From an uncultured bacterium (GTDB lineage Bacteria; Patescibacteriota; Doudnabacteria; UBA920), in assembly GCA_963749445.1 (NCBI GenBank), contig CAVVMJ010000004.1, forward strand, positions 16,483 through 80,482: a DNA stretch of 64,000 nucleotides. Reading direction: 5' to 3'. Under the pieces are notes generated by a model, which saw only the letters and a program-made list of their open reading frames with translations, had not been told where the DNA came from and searched no databases. Shown piece by piece: positions 28,419-39,156 of this stretch. The first letter of the stretch is position 1. Every line of letters starts with the position of its first letter. The position numbers and the translations under genes were made by a program.

Positions 28419-30327
28419 GTTTCAAAAAATAGTTATCACGTTTTTAATTTTTAGCCAATTAGCATTCTGGCCGGCTTTTGCCTTGGCTTTTGTTAATACC
28501 GCCGCAGGTTCGTTAAACCCGGTGCCAATTAATGACACTGGTTCAATTGCTGCCAATAGCCTTTTTGATGGGGCATTTACTACCATAAAGACTTCTTATA
28601 CGGCTTGTACCGCTGATATAAAGGGTTTTGAGGCTACCGATAACGCCGCCTCGCTTGGTTTTTCGTTTTCTGCAATTATCGGCGGCGGGGGAGCACTAGC
28701 TGCGCAATTGCAACTAGAGGTTACAGCTTATAACAGTTATTTAAATACTCCGCTTTTGCCTCTGTGCCCAGGTATGCTTGCTTTGATGGCAACTTTGGAT
28801 AAGCTAACGGCTCCTAATACTTATACTAGCACGTTAAAACAGCAATTAGTGACTCAGATGAGATCTGACATCCAAACTTATAATGATAAACTCAAAACCG
28901 CCCAAGCTAGATATAACGTTGCCAGCCAAAGTGTTTGGAAGGCGTTGATGATTACCGTGTTAATCAACACCACCAAATCCGTGGCCGATCAGCTGGTGAA
29001 TAAGCTGGTGAATAATTATAAAATCGCCAACATCAAAGCCTACACCGATTCCTTGGCCACGCTGGCGTACGACAACCAATTTATCCGCGATAATTTTCCG
29101 GGTTCGCAGGATCAGCTGATGGCGCGGGCGATTTTGACAAATCCGATATTGCGGTCGCAAATCCAGCCGGGAATTTATACGGAGATAAATCAGAATCTGG
29201 GTTTTCAGCCGATGACCTTAAGCACCAGCGACCCGAATTATTACGCCAAGATGGCTGCCGTTGGAGCGACTAGCAACAATCCTTATTATGTGCAGACCGC
29301 TTTTGTTGTTGGCGTTGACGCGTCCCATGCTAATTCGGTGGCGCATGCCCAATTGCAGATTAGCCAGGGTAACGGTTATAAAGCGCCGGTCAATTGCGCC
29401 GGCAGTTTGTCCCAACAAAAACAGATTGATACGCAGACAAAAGCCGCCTCTGACCAGCTGGCCAACCGCCAGGCTTTATTGACTAATTTGCAGCAGGCCC
29501 AGGCGTTGGGCCAGAATGTTCCGGTCGCCGATTTGGCAAGAGCCCAAGCGGATTATAATTCGGCGCTGGCGGCCTGGAATAACGTGCCTTACACCGTCAG
29601 CGGACAAAATAGCGTCAGTAACGCCGCCGTGGGCGGCGGCAACAACACCGAAGGCACTATGGCCATAGTGATGTGCGAGGCGGTCGCTTCGCCGGCCGTT
29701 CTGGTTAACCAGGGTATTGACGCGATGTTTAAAGCCGTGGGCGCGAATATTTCACAATATAACAGCAATAACCTGCCCGGTTTCTTGAGCGCGATTGGCG
29801 GCATTGCCACGCAAATCGGTTCCAGTATGATTTTGGGCGGGATTACGGGCAATTCTTCCACAGTCAATGAAAAAATGGCCATTGGCCAGGCTATAAGCGC
29901 GACCACGGGGGCCACCGTCCAAACTATCAGCAACGCGGCCATAGCCAGCGCCGAGGGCAGCGGAGTTTTGTTTAACTCCACCCAAGGCGCGGGTAGCAGC
30001 GCGACTTTGAGCTGGCAGATTTTTACTATGAAATTGCCTACGGCCAGCTATGTGATAATTGTGAGCAGCACTAATCCCGTTGGTCCGAACCCGCGGCAGC
30101 CGCTTACCGGCAGTATGACAGTAAGCCCGACCTCCTACACCAATTACGTTTTGACTGTTTACGACGCCACGGGTAAAAGTTTAGGCACGGCCACTACATA
30201 TATCTCACCCGCCGCCACTCAACAGTCTTACAATTCCAATCCTAACGCTCCGGCCGTCGCCGGCGCCTTTACCATGGCCGCGCCTTTGGACATCCGCGGC
30301 CCGGCAGTGGCTTTGCATCCGAGATAG
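28405..30327 (+). CDS. Large hypothetical secreted protein (640 aa), Q/N/A/T-rich
   Basis: N-terminal signal-like FQKIVITFLIFSQLAFWPAFALA. No recognisable domain. Adjacent to the other secreted proteins of the cluster. Confidence 0.4.
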   Translation: MQANKFQKIVITFLIFSQLAFWPAFALAFVNTAAGSLNPVPINDTGSIAANSLFDGAFTTIKTSYTACTADIKGFEATDNAASLGFSFSAIIGGGGALAAQLQLEVTAYNSYLNTPLLPLCPGMLALMATLDKLTAPNTYTSTLKQQLVTQMRSDIQTYNDKLKTAQARYNVASQSVWKALMITVLINTTKSVADQLVNKLVNNYKIANIKAYTDSLATLAYDNQFIRDNFPGSQDQLMARAILTNPILRSQIQPGIYTEINQNLGFQPMTLSTSDPNYYAKMAAVGATSNNPYYVQTAFVVGVDASHANSVAHAQLQISQGNGYKAPVNCAGSLSQQKQIDTQTKAASDQLANRQALLTNLQQAQALGQNVPVADLARAQADYNSALAAWNNVPYTVSGQNSVSNAAVGGGNNTEGTMAIVMCEAVASPAVLVNQGIDAMFKAVGANISQYNSNNLPGFLSAIGGIATQIGSSMILGGITGNSSTVNEKMAIGQAISATTGATVQTISNAAIASAEGSGVLFNSTQGAGSSATLSWQIFTMKLPTASYVIIVSSTNPVGPNPRQPLTGSMTVSPTSYTNYVLTVYDATGKSLGTATTYISPAATQQSYNSNPNAPAVAGAFTMAAPLDIRGPAVALHPR

Positions 30328-30420
30328 TAATCGTAAGCATATTTAAATCGATAAACACTAAACCCAGAGGAAAGCCCCTGGGTTTTGAATTTTGCTTTAA
30401 ATGATGATTGATTATTTGAC

Positions 30421-30458
30421 GGCCGTCTAAAAAGCAGTCATAATGATAATATAAAGCA
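30421..30458. promoter_or_regulatory. Imperfect 38-bp palindrome (core GACGGCCGTC), ~20 bp upstream of the PaaX-like regulator; candidate operator
   Basis: ATGATTGATTATTTGACGGCCGTCTAAAAAGCAGTCAT. Same architecture as the perfect palindrome at 31027-31064. Confidence 0.55.
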
Positions 30459-30480
30459 CTAACATTGATTGAGAACAAAT

Positions 30481-31023
30481 ATGGCAAAAAGGAAATTAAC
30501 GGTAACGGCGCAAATTTTGTTATATCTATTTACCGCGGTGGATATGCTGCCGCGGCCGTTTGAATCCAAAATGGGTTATTATAAAAGATTGTTTTTCGGC
30601 AAAGTCCCTTATCGCACTTTTGCCAGCGCCTTAAACAGTTTGGAGAGGCGGGGTATTATAAAAATTTACAAGGATACATCGGGCGAGAAATTTATAAAAC
30701 TTACTCATAAGGGGCAGTTGGAAACTTTATTGCTAAAAGCCAAACAGGGCGTTAACTGTCACGGGAAGTGGGACGGCAAGTGGAGATTGGTAATATTTGA
30801 TATCCCCGAGGATGCGAGAGAGAAGCGCAATGAATTTAGAATATTGCTCAAGAAAAATAGTTTTAAAGGTTTGCAGGCCAGCGTGTTCATTAGCCCTTAT
30901 CCTTTGAACAGAGAAGCGATAACCTATTTGCGGGAAAGTAAGCTGATCCAATATATTAGGATTTTAAAAGTTGAGGAAATGGATAGTGATAAAGATTTAA
31001 AGCGGCATTTTAATTTGAGGTAA
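30481..31023 (+). CDS. PaaX-like transcriptional regulator (N-terminal winged helix plus C-terminal Cas2-like/PaaX_C fold)
   Basis: wHTH region YRTFASALNSLERRGIIKI. C-terminal W-x-LVIFDIPED...R..FR.LL.K..F..LQ.SVF, a Cas2/PaaX_C-like beta-alpha-beta motif. Confidence 0.45.
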   Translation: MAKRKLTVTAQILLYLFTAVDMLPRPFESKMGYYKRLFFGKVPYRTFASALNSLERRGIIKIYKDTSGEKFIKLTHKGQLETLLLKAKQGVNCHGKWDGKWRLVIFDIPEDAREKRNEFRILLKKNSFKGLQASVFISPYPLNREAITYLRESKLIQYIRILKVEEMDSDKDLKRHFNLR

Positions 31024-31026
31024 TAT

Positions 31027-31064
31027 ATGATTGCATTTTAGACGGCCGTCTAAAATGCAATCAT
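31027..31064. promoter_or_regulatory. Perfect 38-bp palindrome ATGATTGCATTTTAGACGGCCGTCTAAAATGCAATCAT just after the regulator stop; candidate operator/terminator
   Basis: An exact reverse-complement palindrome with the same core and flanks as the site at 30421-30458. It lies upstream of the TGGTATAAT promoter at ~31204 for the VirB6-like gene. Confidence 0.55.
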
Positions 31065-31333
31065 TAAAAATTGAACTTTGCCGGTCTGGCGGCCGAGGAA
31101 GAGCGAAAAGTATCGTAAGTTTGGCAACCTGAGGATAACTCGGGATCTTTTTGTTCGTTAAGGGCGGCCGTTTGGCCGGATTTTGTGTTTTAAATTTATT
31201 TGTGGTATAATTCGGTCATCTGGATAAGTCAAAAGGCCAATATTTGCTGAAGTTTTGGGGATGATATCGGCTTTATGGAAAATTGAGGGAGATAAGCAAA
31301 ATATAGGCGGGATTCTTAACAAATTCCACTCTT

Positions 31334-34300
31334 TTGAAGAAACTAAAATCAAAATTTAGAGCCCTGCCGGCCTATTGCGTTTTGGCAATCCTGCTATTGA
31401 CCCTGGCAGGCGGTTTTTTGCTGCCTTTAGATAATAATGCCCAGGCTCTTAGTATAGGACCGGGCACGGATTGTTCCGGAAGCCGTTCGCCAGATGTTAA
31501 TAGTGGTATGAGAGTATGTAATACGAGCAATGTTAACATATCCGTTGATACTTATGTTCCAGACCCAAACGGAAATCTTCAGAAGGGAAATCTTGTTAAA
31601 ATCACTCCGACCGATACTATAACTTTGAAGGTTGTTATTACTTTGAATAATCCGCCTGACATAAAGGCTAACCCTAATGGGAGCGGCGCGGACGAATTTT
31701 ATTTTCCCGGGGTAGCGAAAAACCCTGATATTTTAGGTTTCGGGGTTACCATAACGCCCCAAGATACGACAAATTTTTGTAAGAATGTGAACATAAGCGT
31801 GATTCTTGGCGGCTCATACCAGCGTTGTCAAAGCAATGTGGGTACTCAAACTTGGCAGCCAAGTTCTTTGACAACTTTTACAGCAGGAAGTCCTGTTTAT
31901 ACAGACACCTTAACTATTAGTCCAGATCAATTCCAATACTTGGGAATTACCAAAAAAAGGGATATTAACAATCCGACCGGTTCCCCTGGCCTAAATCAAA
32001 TTTTTGTCTATCCTGATATGAAGCTTAGCACGACTTTATCATCGGATTGGGCTACAAATTTTGCCGGTGGAGCACCGTTATTTGTTGAGCTTTATGCTAA
32101 CAGCACTGACAAACAGAATGATACATCCAGCAATCCGCCGGCTTGTGTAGGCCAAGTCAATAACGGCACCAGCACGCCGCCAAGTTGTGTTCCTGGCTAT
32201 GGCACCATTACTTCTTCTGGCGGCAGCACTAGTGCCGGCGGTAGCGACTTGATTGGTCTAATCAACAGAATTCTCGGCACTCTTTTGGGGATTATCGGCG
32301 AGTTTATTTATTTTTTGTTTTACAATCTGCTGGCGCCGATGATGCAGGCTATGCTGCAAATCCACACTTATACCGATACATTCGTGGGCGTAATTTACCC
32401 GGCCTGGATTGTGGTGCGCAACGCCTGCAATATTATGTTCATTGTGGCCATTATTGCCATTGCCATGGGCACGCTGTTTCGGGTGGAAAGCTACCAGTAT
32501 AAACATCTTTTAGTGCAATTAATTATTGCGGCACTGCTGGTGAATTTCAGTTTGGTCATTGGCCAGGCGATTTTGGGCGTGGCTGACACGGCGCAAAACC
32601 AATTTTTGCCCAATAACGTGGATGTTATCCGCAGCTTGGGCAAAAATTTAATGGTGCAAAATATGTCCCAAGCCTGGAATTTTAATATTTCCCAGGGATA
32701 TTTTAGCACTACGGTCCAGCAGTTGTTTTTGTTGGCCATGTCCATCGGAAGTTTTTTGGTATTTCTCGCCATTACCGTATTTTTGGTAATCAGGATGGTG
32801 ATGTTATGGATTTTGTTGATGGTTTCGCCGGTTGCTTACGTGGCCGGGATTTTGCCTACGACTACCCAGTACCGGAGTATGTGGTGGAGTAATTTTATCA
32901 AGTACGCTTTCTTTACCCCGATTATGGCGTTCTTGCTGAACATCGCGGCTTACATTGCCAATATGCAAACCAACAACGGCGTGCTGAATTATTTAAAAGT
33001 TGATTCCACCGCTTTGGGAAGCAGCAGCTTTGCGTCTTTCGTGTTTTTGTCGGCGAGCAATATAATTTTGCTGGTATTCCTGTTTGCCGCGCTAATGGTA
33101 GCCGACAAGCTCGGCGTCATCGGCGGCAACGTCGCCGCCACCTGGGGCAAAAAAGGCCTGCTGGCGCCGTTTGCTAGCGCGGGCTGGCTGGGCAAACGTG
33201 GGTTGGGTTGGGTAAACCGAAAAAGGCAGGAAATCGGAGCCGGTCTGTTGGAGCAGGAAGGTTCGCATATGCCGGGTTTTTGGAAAAAAACAGGTTTTTT
33301 ACTTAGTAATCCCGACGCATTTTTTAAAGGCTGGCAGGCTCGTGCGGAAGAATTAAAACATCAAGCGGAAGGCACGGCTACCGCTGGCGGTCGGGAAATG
33401 TCCGAACGGTTTTTAACTACGGAATATCGTCCTTGGAAAGCTGGCTTTGGGCACGCGCACATTAGAATTCCTTACCGGCAGTTTGCGGAAAGAAAGGATG
33501 AAAATGCTTTGGTCCAGGATTATTCAACTATGCGTAAAGAAAGTTTAATGTCTGCGGCAATGGACGCCGAAAAACTTGGTGGGGAAGAGGGCAAAAGAAG
33601 ACGACGCGCCATTGTCTTGGCGGCTGCCAAGCAAGGTTATATGGACGACTTGCTTAGAAAAAATCATTTTGCCAGTCAATATGCCGATAAAGACGGAACT
33701 TTTTATAGTGCGGAAGTTTTAAACCGATTTTTGTATGGTTATTTAGGGGAAGACGAACAAGCTCAACGCTTAATGGCTGAAGATTTGGAGGAATTAGGCA
33801 AGACAACCGGCCATTATGAATATTTAGGGCATGCATATTTTGATAATGATACGGGGAAGTTTAAACGGGGCATGGAGTCAGTTGGCGATGCCGAAGGCGT
33901 CGGCAGCAGAATAATCAAAGGAGGCAAATTAAAAAATACCTGGCAGGTTGGTTATTCCGTGGGTGAGCTGAAAAAAGTTAGCGGTCGTGCGCGTTCGCAG
34001 ATCGCGCCTCACAATATGGTTACTTTGAGGGCGGAATTGGACGGTAGCGGAAATTTTAAGGACAAAAACGAAATTCATGATCAAATGTACGGCAGAGTTA
34101 GTGGTGACCTTGATGAGTACCAGCAGGGCGTTTTGTCAATGTTTGACGGTGCCACACTACAGCAAGCGAGTTTTTCACAGGGAAGGTCTAAGGAATGGAT
34201 TTTGAGCGAGGACATTGATAAAAATACCGGCGCGGTTATTGTCAAAGACGATCTTGACGTAAAGCGCATCCAGAGGTTGTATGAAGAAAATCCGGATTTT

Positions 34301-34987
34301 GTGCGCACCATGTATGCCCAGTTAACCAATATGCAGCCTTCCGAGGTCAAAGGAATTAAAGTAGTAAAATTAGATGCGGCAGGTAAAACAGGTCCTGTTA
34401 CCCACTTGGGTGATACCACAGTTACCGTAACGCCAGTCATTAAGACTGTGTCTACCGAAGTACTTGATAGTAAAACTTTGGGTCTCGTTAAAGACGAAAA
34501 AGAAGCTTTAATACAAGGTAAGGTTATAGATAATGCTATTGAGTCCGCTTATGCAGGCACTATTTCTCCGGCAGCCCTAGAAGCGAATCTTGCTGGCGTT
34601 TTGCCTGCTACACCGCCAGCACGTGTTACTGCAATTAAGGACGAAATATACAAAAAGGTTAAGGATGAATATTCAGAAAAATATGATCCTATGACCGTAA
34701 TTTCTAGAATGGATAAAAAGTATAATTTTACGCCAGCGGAAATATCAGAATTAAGGAAAGAGTTTCAGCCATTGGCAGGACAGGCTTTTGATAGAGCCAC
34801 AACTGCAAATCGGGCAGTAACCAGAGCTGACTTTGACGCAGTAGTAAGGACAAAGATTGCCGCAGTGGCTGGACGTTTAGGCGCAGCTAGTAAATTAGCA
34901 AAAACCTTTACTGATCCACATAACCCAGCAGCAGCTGCTAATTTGGCTGCCGCTGAAAAATTGTTTATTGATCATATGAGTCCATAA
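31334..34987 (+). CDS. Giant polytopic membrane protein, VirB6/TrbL-like: ~300-aa extracellular N-domain, 7-8 TM helices, ~600-aa hydrophilic C-domain; likely TTG start
   Basis: Signal-like N-terminus. The TM cluster (LLGIIGEFIYFLFYNLLAPMM ... FVFLSASNIILLVFLFAALMV) resembles TrbL/VirB6 and TcpH-type conjugation channel proteins. Located in the same cluster as VirB4 and the PrgI-like protein. Confidence 0.4.
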   Translation: MKKLKSKFRALPAYCVLAILLLTLAGGFLLPLDNNAQALSIGPGTDCSGSRSPDVNSGMRVCNTSNVNISVDTYVPDPNGNLQKGNLVKITPTDTITLKVVITLNNPPDIKANPNGSGADEFYFPGVAKNPDILGFGVTITPQDTTNFCKNVNISVILGGSYQRCQSNVGTQTWQPSSLTTFTAGSPVYTDTLTISPDQFQYLGITKKRDINNPTGSPGLNQIFVYPDMKLSTTLSSDWATNFAGGAPLFVELYANSTDKQNDTSSNPPACVGQVNNGTSTPPSCVPGYGTITSSGGSTSAGGSDLIGLINRILGTLLGIIGEFIYFLFYNLLAPMMQAMLQIHTYTDTFVGVIYPAWIVVRNACNIMFIVAIIAIAMGTLFRVESYQYKHLLVQLIIAALLVNFSLVIGQAILGVADTAQNQFLPNNVDVIRSLGKNLMVQNMSQAWNFNISQGYFSTTVQQLFLLAMSIGSFLVFLAITVFLVIRMVMLWILLMVSPVAYVAGILPTTTQYRSMWWSNFIKYAFFTPIMAFLLNIAAYIANMQTNNGVLNYLKVDSTALGSSSFASFVFLSASNIILLVFLFAALMVADKLGVIGGNVAATWGKKGLLAPFASAGWLGKRGLGWVNRKRQEIGAGLLEQEGSHMPGFWKKTGFLLSNPDAFFKGWQARAEELKHQAEGTATAGGREMSERFLTTEYRPWKAGFGHAHIRIPYRQFAERKDENALVQDYSTMRKESLMSAAMDAEKLGGEEGKRRRRAIVLAAAKQGYMDDLLRKNHFASQYADKDGTFYSAEVLNRFLYGYLGEDEQAQRLMAEDLEELGKTTGHYEYLGHAYFDNDTGKFKRGMESVGDAEGVGSRIIKGGKLKNTWQVGYSVGELKKVSGRARSQIAPHNMVTLRAELDGSGNFKDKNEIHDQMYGRVSGDLDEYQQGVLSMFDGATLQQASFSQGRSKEWILSEDIDKNTGAVIVKDDLDVKRIQRLYEENPDFVRTMYAQLTNMQPSEVKGIKVVKLDAAGKTGPVTHLGDTTVTVTPVIKTVSTEVLDSKTLGLVKDEKEALIQGKVIDNAIESAYAGTISPAALEANLAGVLPATPPARVTAIKDEIYKKVKDEYSEKYDPMTVISRMDKKYNFTPAEISELRKEFQPLAGQAFDRATTANRAVTRADFDAVVRTKIAAVAGRLGAASKLAKTFTDPHNPAAAANLAAAEKLFIDHMSP

Positions 34988-35003
34988 ATATAAAGAAGCA
35001 ATC

Positions 35004-36373
35004 ATGTCTAGTTTAGCTTACGTCCTAAATTTCAAAAATCTATTTTTGTTAGATGTAGAAGCTTTGGCTGACCAAAGCGTTTTAGATAAGCTATCCCAAA
35101 TAGCCAATGATACGATGTTTGAATTGGAACCGGGGACCGCGCTGGAATTTTATCAGCAGCTTGACGCAATAATCAAAGAAAATTTGCAGTACTTGCAAGA
35201 GAATCGGGATGCGTATAATCAACTTATGGTAATTTTGTGGCAGTTGTCGTGGAAGGCTTTGCCGGCCATGCCGCTTAAGCAAAGCCAAAATCTTTTGGCG
35301 AGCAGTTTGGTTGGTTCGTTAAAGCTGGGAGTGAACGTTTCGGAACGTTTAAAAAGGATAATTTACCCCCTTGAATTCGGACTGGGTCCGGACAAAGAAT
35401 TACGCCGCAGTTGGTCGTATTCCATGGAACATAACCAGGAAAATATCGGCGAGAGAGATATTTTATTGGAAAAGAAAGCGTTGCGCCAAAGTTAGGCAAC
35501 TGGCTGAAGAGCTATAATAGTGAGCAGAATTTAACAGCCGGACGTTCCAAATTCAACCAAATTAATTTTTTAGACTCCAATAAGGATGCTAATAAGCTTG
35601 ATAAGGAAGATAAAGAAGTATTAAAACAAATTTTGGAAATTTACGATTGGCTGTTATTCCCGCCGCCGGGGCCGGAGATAATTTATGATAATCAGCCGGA
35701 TGAAAGAGGGCAGACCCAAGATATCGGCCCGGCTATGAATGCGACTAGAGCCACGATGCCGAAAGAACTTTACGAGTCCAGTAGTCAGCTGCAGCCTCTA
35801 AAGACCTTAAAGCCAACGCCTCCATCGGTGCCGACGCCGGGGAATCAGCCGGCGGCGAGGAAGGTGGGGATGGAGGAGATTATGGCTGCCGCGGATCAAA
35901 CGCGGATCCCGACTGCAGCCGCGGATATACACGCGGATAGTGGAAGCAAAGAACAGGAAGCAGGAGTCAAAAAGCAGGAGTCAAGAAGTGCTCCATCCTT
36001 GGAAAAGAAGGAAAGTGAAGAGCTCGGGCCCGGGGTAAGTTTGGGTGTTGTGTTGCCTAACTATAAAAAATCGGTTCCTCCGGCGACGATTACCGCGGAA
36101 AGTTTGGCGGCGAAGATGGCAAAGGCGCGGAACGACACGGAATCTAACCCCGATAGCAGAGCCGATAAATCGGCACGCTACGGGGCAGGCGCGGAAGAAC
36201 ACGGAACGCAACCTCCGGCGACAACCGTAAATTACATCCAGCAAAAATCTGAAGCACGGTCCAAAGCCGAACAGTATCTGCAGCAGGAAATTGATCGGAA
36301 GCTGCGGGGGTTGGAGGAGAAGACGAAAAGAAATGACAAAATTGACCCTTCGACAAGCTCAGGGCAGGCATAA
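35004..36373 (+). CDS. Hypothetical protein(s) in two frames (35004..35495 and 35633..36373); possibly one frameshifted gene
   Basis: No family match. The second part is Pro/Ser/Glu-rich and low-complexity. Confidence 0.3.
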
Positions 36374-36420
36374 ATGAGCAAAAATGACAAAATGCTTTTT
36401 AAGCAGAAGTCGAATATTAA

Positions 36421-36834
36421 ATGAAAATTTTTCAATCAAAAGTTAAAAAGTTTGCCGGCACAACTTATGGAGAGCTTTTTCCCCAAGCTTTTGCGGCCTA
36501 TAAAAAATTAAAGAAAAACAGCAAACGAAAACCTTATATCCGTTCGGTTTATTTTGATACCGACAAAATATTTTTGGATTACTTCTGGAATCATCTACAT
36601 AACAAAAATAACATTCGTGATAAAGCAAGGAGGCTAAAGTTTTACGACTGCGCTTTGGATTTAATAGCTAACTCAAGAGTTGAACCTTACTCGTTTCAAA
36701 ATCCTATGACCAATAAAGAGATACTGCATCGTTTTGCCGGTTTAAGTAAGGAAGGGGAAATGTTTTATGTTCAAATTAAAGAAGATAAAAGAACCGATCA
36801 AAAACATTTTATATCGGTATTTCCAGAAACTTAA
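36421..36834 (+). CDS. Hypothetical protein in an AT-rich segment (with 36997..37281)
   Basis: 137-aa ORF with no recognisable domain. The low GC of 36380-37300 suggests foreign origin. Confidence 0.3.
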   Translation: MKIFQSKVKKFAGTTYGELFPQAFAAYKKLKKNSKRKPYIRSVYFDTDKIFLDYFWNHLHNKNNIRDKARRLKFYDCALDLIANSRVEPYSFQNPMTNKEILHRFAGLSKEGEMFYVQIKEDKRTDQKHFISVFPET

Positions 36835-37393
36835 AAGACCTTCCGCCAAGTTGTGGTTGCAGGAACTGCAAGCCACGGCCGAAAGCCTTTTGCCAGATCT
36901 TCCGCAAGTGTGGTATATGAACCACGGGCCGAAGACCTGTATATATACAGTAGCATAAATTATAAAACTGTCAAGTCAAAAATTTAGCTTAAGATTATGA
37001 GAAAAATTATCATTCATAACTGGTTAATTTTCACAGGAAAACGAGGTTTGGATATACTCGCGAATCGGGGGTTGTTTCAGCTTTTATTTTTGACGTTTCC
37101 AAAGGCCTACCTTTGGTCGCGTGGACTGGCGTTCAACCTGCGCCGCTTGTCCGACATGTCCGGCGAAATGTTAGCTTCTGCAGTTGCCTCATTCCGCCTT
37201 GGTGAACATGGGGTGATTCAGTTTATTGCACCCGCGTTTGGAACAATACCTTTTAGTATTCCCGAAAACCATCGTACTTAGCCCTTTTGCCTTTCGGATG
37301 TGCGTTACTTCTTGTTCCAGAAGTTATTGCGCCATTTCCTGCGAAAACTAACCAGTTACAATAAATAAGACGGATTAATTATAATAGTGTTAC

Positions 37394-39154
37394 ATGCAAA
37401 GCGAACATATCCAAACAATCCAAAACCTAATTAAAACTACGGCGGTTTTGACGTCCGCGGAAAAGAGCGAGTGGCTGGAATTGGTGGATTTGATGAACGA
37501 CCGGCAGCTGTTGGAATTGGAGCGGATTTTAGAAGACGCAAACAAGAATCAAGAATCAAGAATCAAGAGTCAAGAAGCAAAACTTACACAGGCGGGCGTG
37601 TCTTTGGCTCAAGTTCGGCCGGCGATTCCATCGGCGATTCCAAAATCAACCGTTCCGACCGCCAAGCCATTGCCGCTTGCCTCGCCCCAATTTTCCCAAA
37701 ATGATATTTTGACGCCGGGAAAGAAAGAACTTTCTAGCACAAGCGCGATTGTAAAATCCTCAAAAATTGGAGCGGGACCGGTTCCGCCCGCGCCAAAAAA
37801 ACTTCCGATTGCCCAGGAGCCGGGGCCCGGACCTTCCTTTAAGCATATTCTCAATTTCCCCAAAGCGGGCGGCCCGTTCGACAAAGCTCAGGGCCGCCTC
37901 GAACGAAGCCGAGATGGCGGCGGCGGTGCGACTTTTCCGCCGTCTGCGGGATCATTGCCGCTTCCGCAAGTCCGTCTGGAAAGCAAAACCATAGAGCCGA
38001 AAAAAGAGTCGCCGTTTTTGAGCAAGCTCAAGGCTATCTTTTCCGAAAAAGAATTGCCGCCCCCGCCGCAAATTCCGCCAGGCGATATTTTGATATCTGG
38101 CAAGAAAGATTTTTCCAAACCAAGCACTGTTGTGGCTTCTTCAAAAATTGGAGCAAGCGCGACTGGGCACACTGATAAATTAGCCGCGTCTAAAACATCC
38201 CCAAAGCCGTTATCGGAATACAAAAAGTCCGAAGCTAGGCCCAAGCCGTCGCCCAAGCTCGAACAACCCGCCAGCACCACCATCAATATTTTCATGAATA
38301 AAGGTGAACCGGCAAAATTTTCCGATTTAGAGCAGGTTGTCAAGGCCATACAGCGACCGTCGGAGTCTTCTCCGATTTTAGGCAAGAGCGAGCCGGCCGA
38401 GGCGGATTTATCAGCGCCAGCTCCAATCGGGGCCTCGCAGCCGCCGCAGCCAAAAATCAGTTATGAGCCCGCGGCCCATTCGGCACAGCTCAGGGCCGCC
38501 CCGAGCATGGCCGAGGGGGCGGCCGCCGCCGTGTCAACCGCGATGTCGGCTGCCAAGGCCGCTTCCGCCGTGGCCCCGAGCGCAGCCGAGGCGGAAGCGG
38601 TTAGCCCGGCTCCCACCCCGTGGAATCAGGAAGAGTCCGGTCTGTACAAGCCGAATAAAAAACCTGATTCGGGAGCCGTGGCGGCGAAAACAACGGCCAC
38701 CCAACAAGGCCTGGCGCCGGGATTAAATTTTTCCGAAGGGCCAAGCGCGGCCGCGCTGAAAAGCAGGCTAATGACCGAGCCGGGCCCGGGACCAAACAAG
38801 CAGGCATCTTCCGCAGTTTCCGCGTCGGGGAGAATTATTTTGCAGGAAAAGCCGGGAGATAATATGAAATTGGAAACCCTGAACGATGTTACGGCCCTTA
38901 AGCCCGATGATTTACAGAAACACGCCACCGGCACCCTGTTCCGCAAATGCCAAAAGCTCATTAGCCAGTACGGGCCGCACGAAGTGGTTTTTCGTTTGGA
39001 GCAAAGTCCTCTATATAAAGCTTACATCAATACCGGCGTGGCTTGGCTGAAAGAAGGGGCCAGAAAAGCCCAAGGCGTCGCCACTTTGCAGCTGCCCGGA
39101 GAAGATTTTGAACGCTTTGTGGATTTTTTGATTATGTTGCGCAGTAGAGCGTAG
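37394..39154 (+). CDS. Pro/Ala/Ser-rich repeat protein with a structured C-terminal domain; contains a tandem 9-mer repeat and two in-frame family-2 palindromic insertions
   Basis: Duplicated block DILTPGKKELSSTSAIVKSSKIGAGP / DILISGKKDFSKPSTVVASSKIGASA. Tandem CAAGAATCA x4 at 37546-37575 (NQESRIKSQE). Family-2 inserts at 37871-37920 and 38471-38520. Confidence 0.4.
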   Translation: MQSEHIQTIQNLIKTTAVLTSAEKSEWLELVDLMNDRQLLELERILEDANKNQESRIKSQEAKLTQAGVSLAQVRPAIPSAIPKSTVPTAKPLPLASPQFSQNDILTPGKKELSSTSAIVKSSKIGAGPVPPAPKKLPIAQEPGPGPSFKHILNFPKAGGPFDKAQGRLERSRDGGGGATFPPSAGSLPLPQVRLESKTIEPKKESPFLSKLKAIFSEKELPPPPQIPPGDILISGKKDFSKPSTVVASSKIGASATGHTDKLAASKTSPKPLSEYKKSEARPKPSPKLEQPASTTINIFMNKGEPAKFSDLEQVVKAIQRPSESSPILGKSEPAEADLSAPAPIGASQPPQPKISYEPAAHSAQLRAAPSMAEGAAAAVSTAMSAAKAASAVAPSAAEAEAVSPAPTPWNQEESGLYKPNKKPDSGAVAAKTTATQQGLAPGLNFSEGPSAAALKSRLMTEPGPGPNKQASSAVSASGRIILQEKPGDNMKLETLNDVTALKPDDLQKHATGTLFRKCQKLISQYGPHEVVFRLEQSPLYKAYINTGVAWLKEGARKAQGVATLQLPGEDFERFVDFLIMLRSRA

Positions 39155-39156
39155 TT

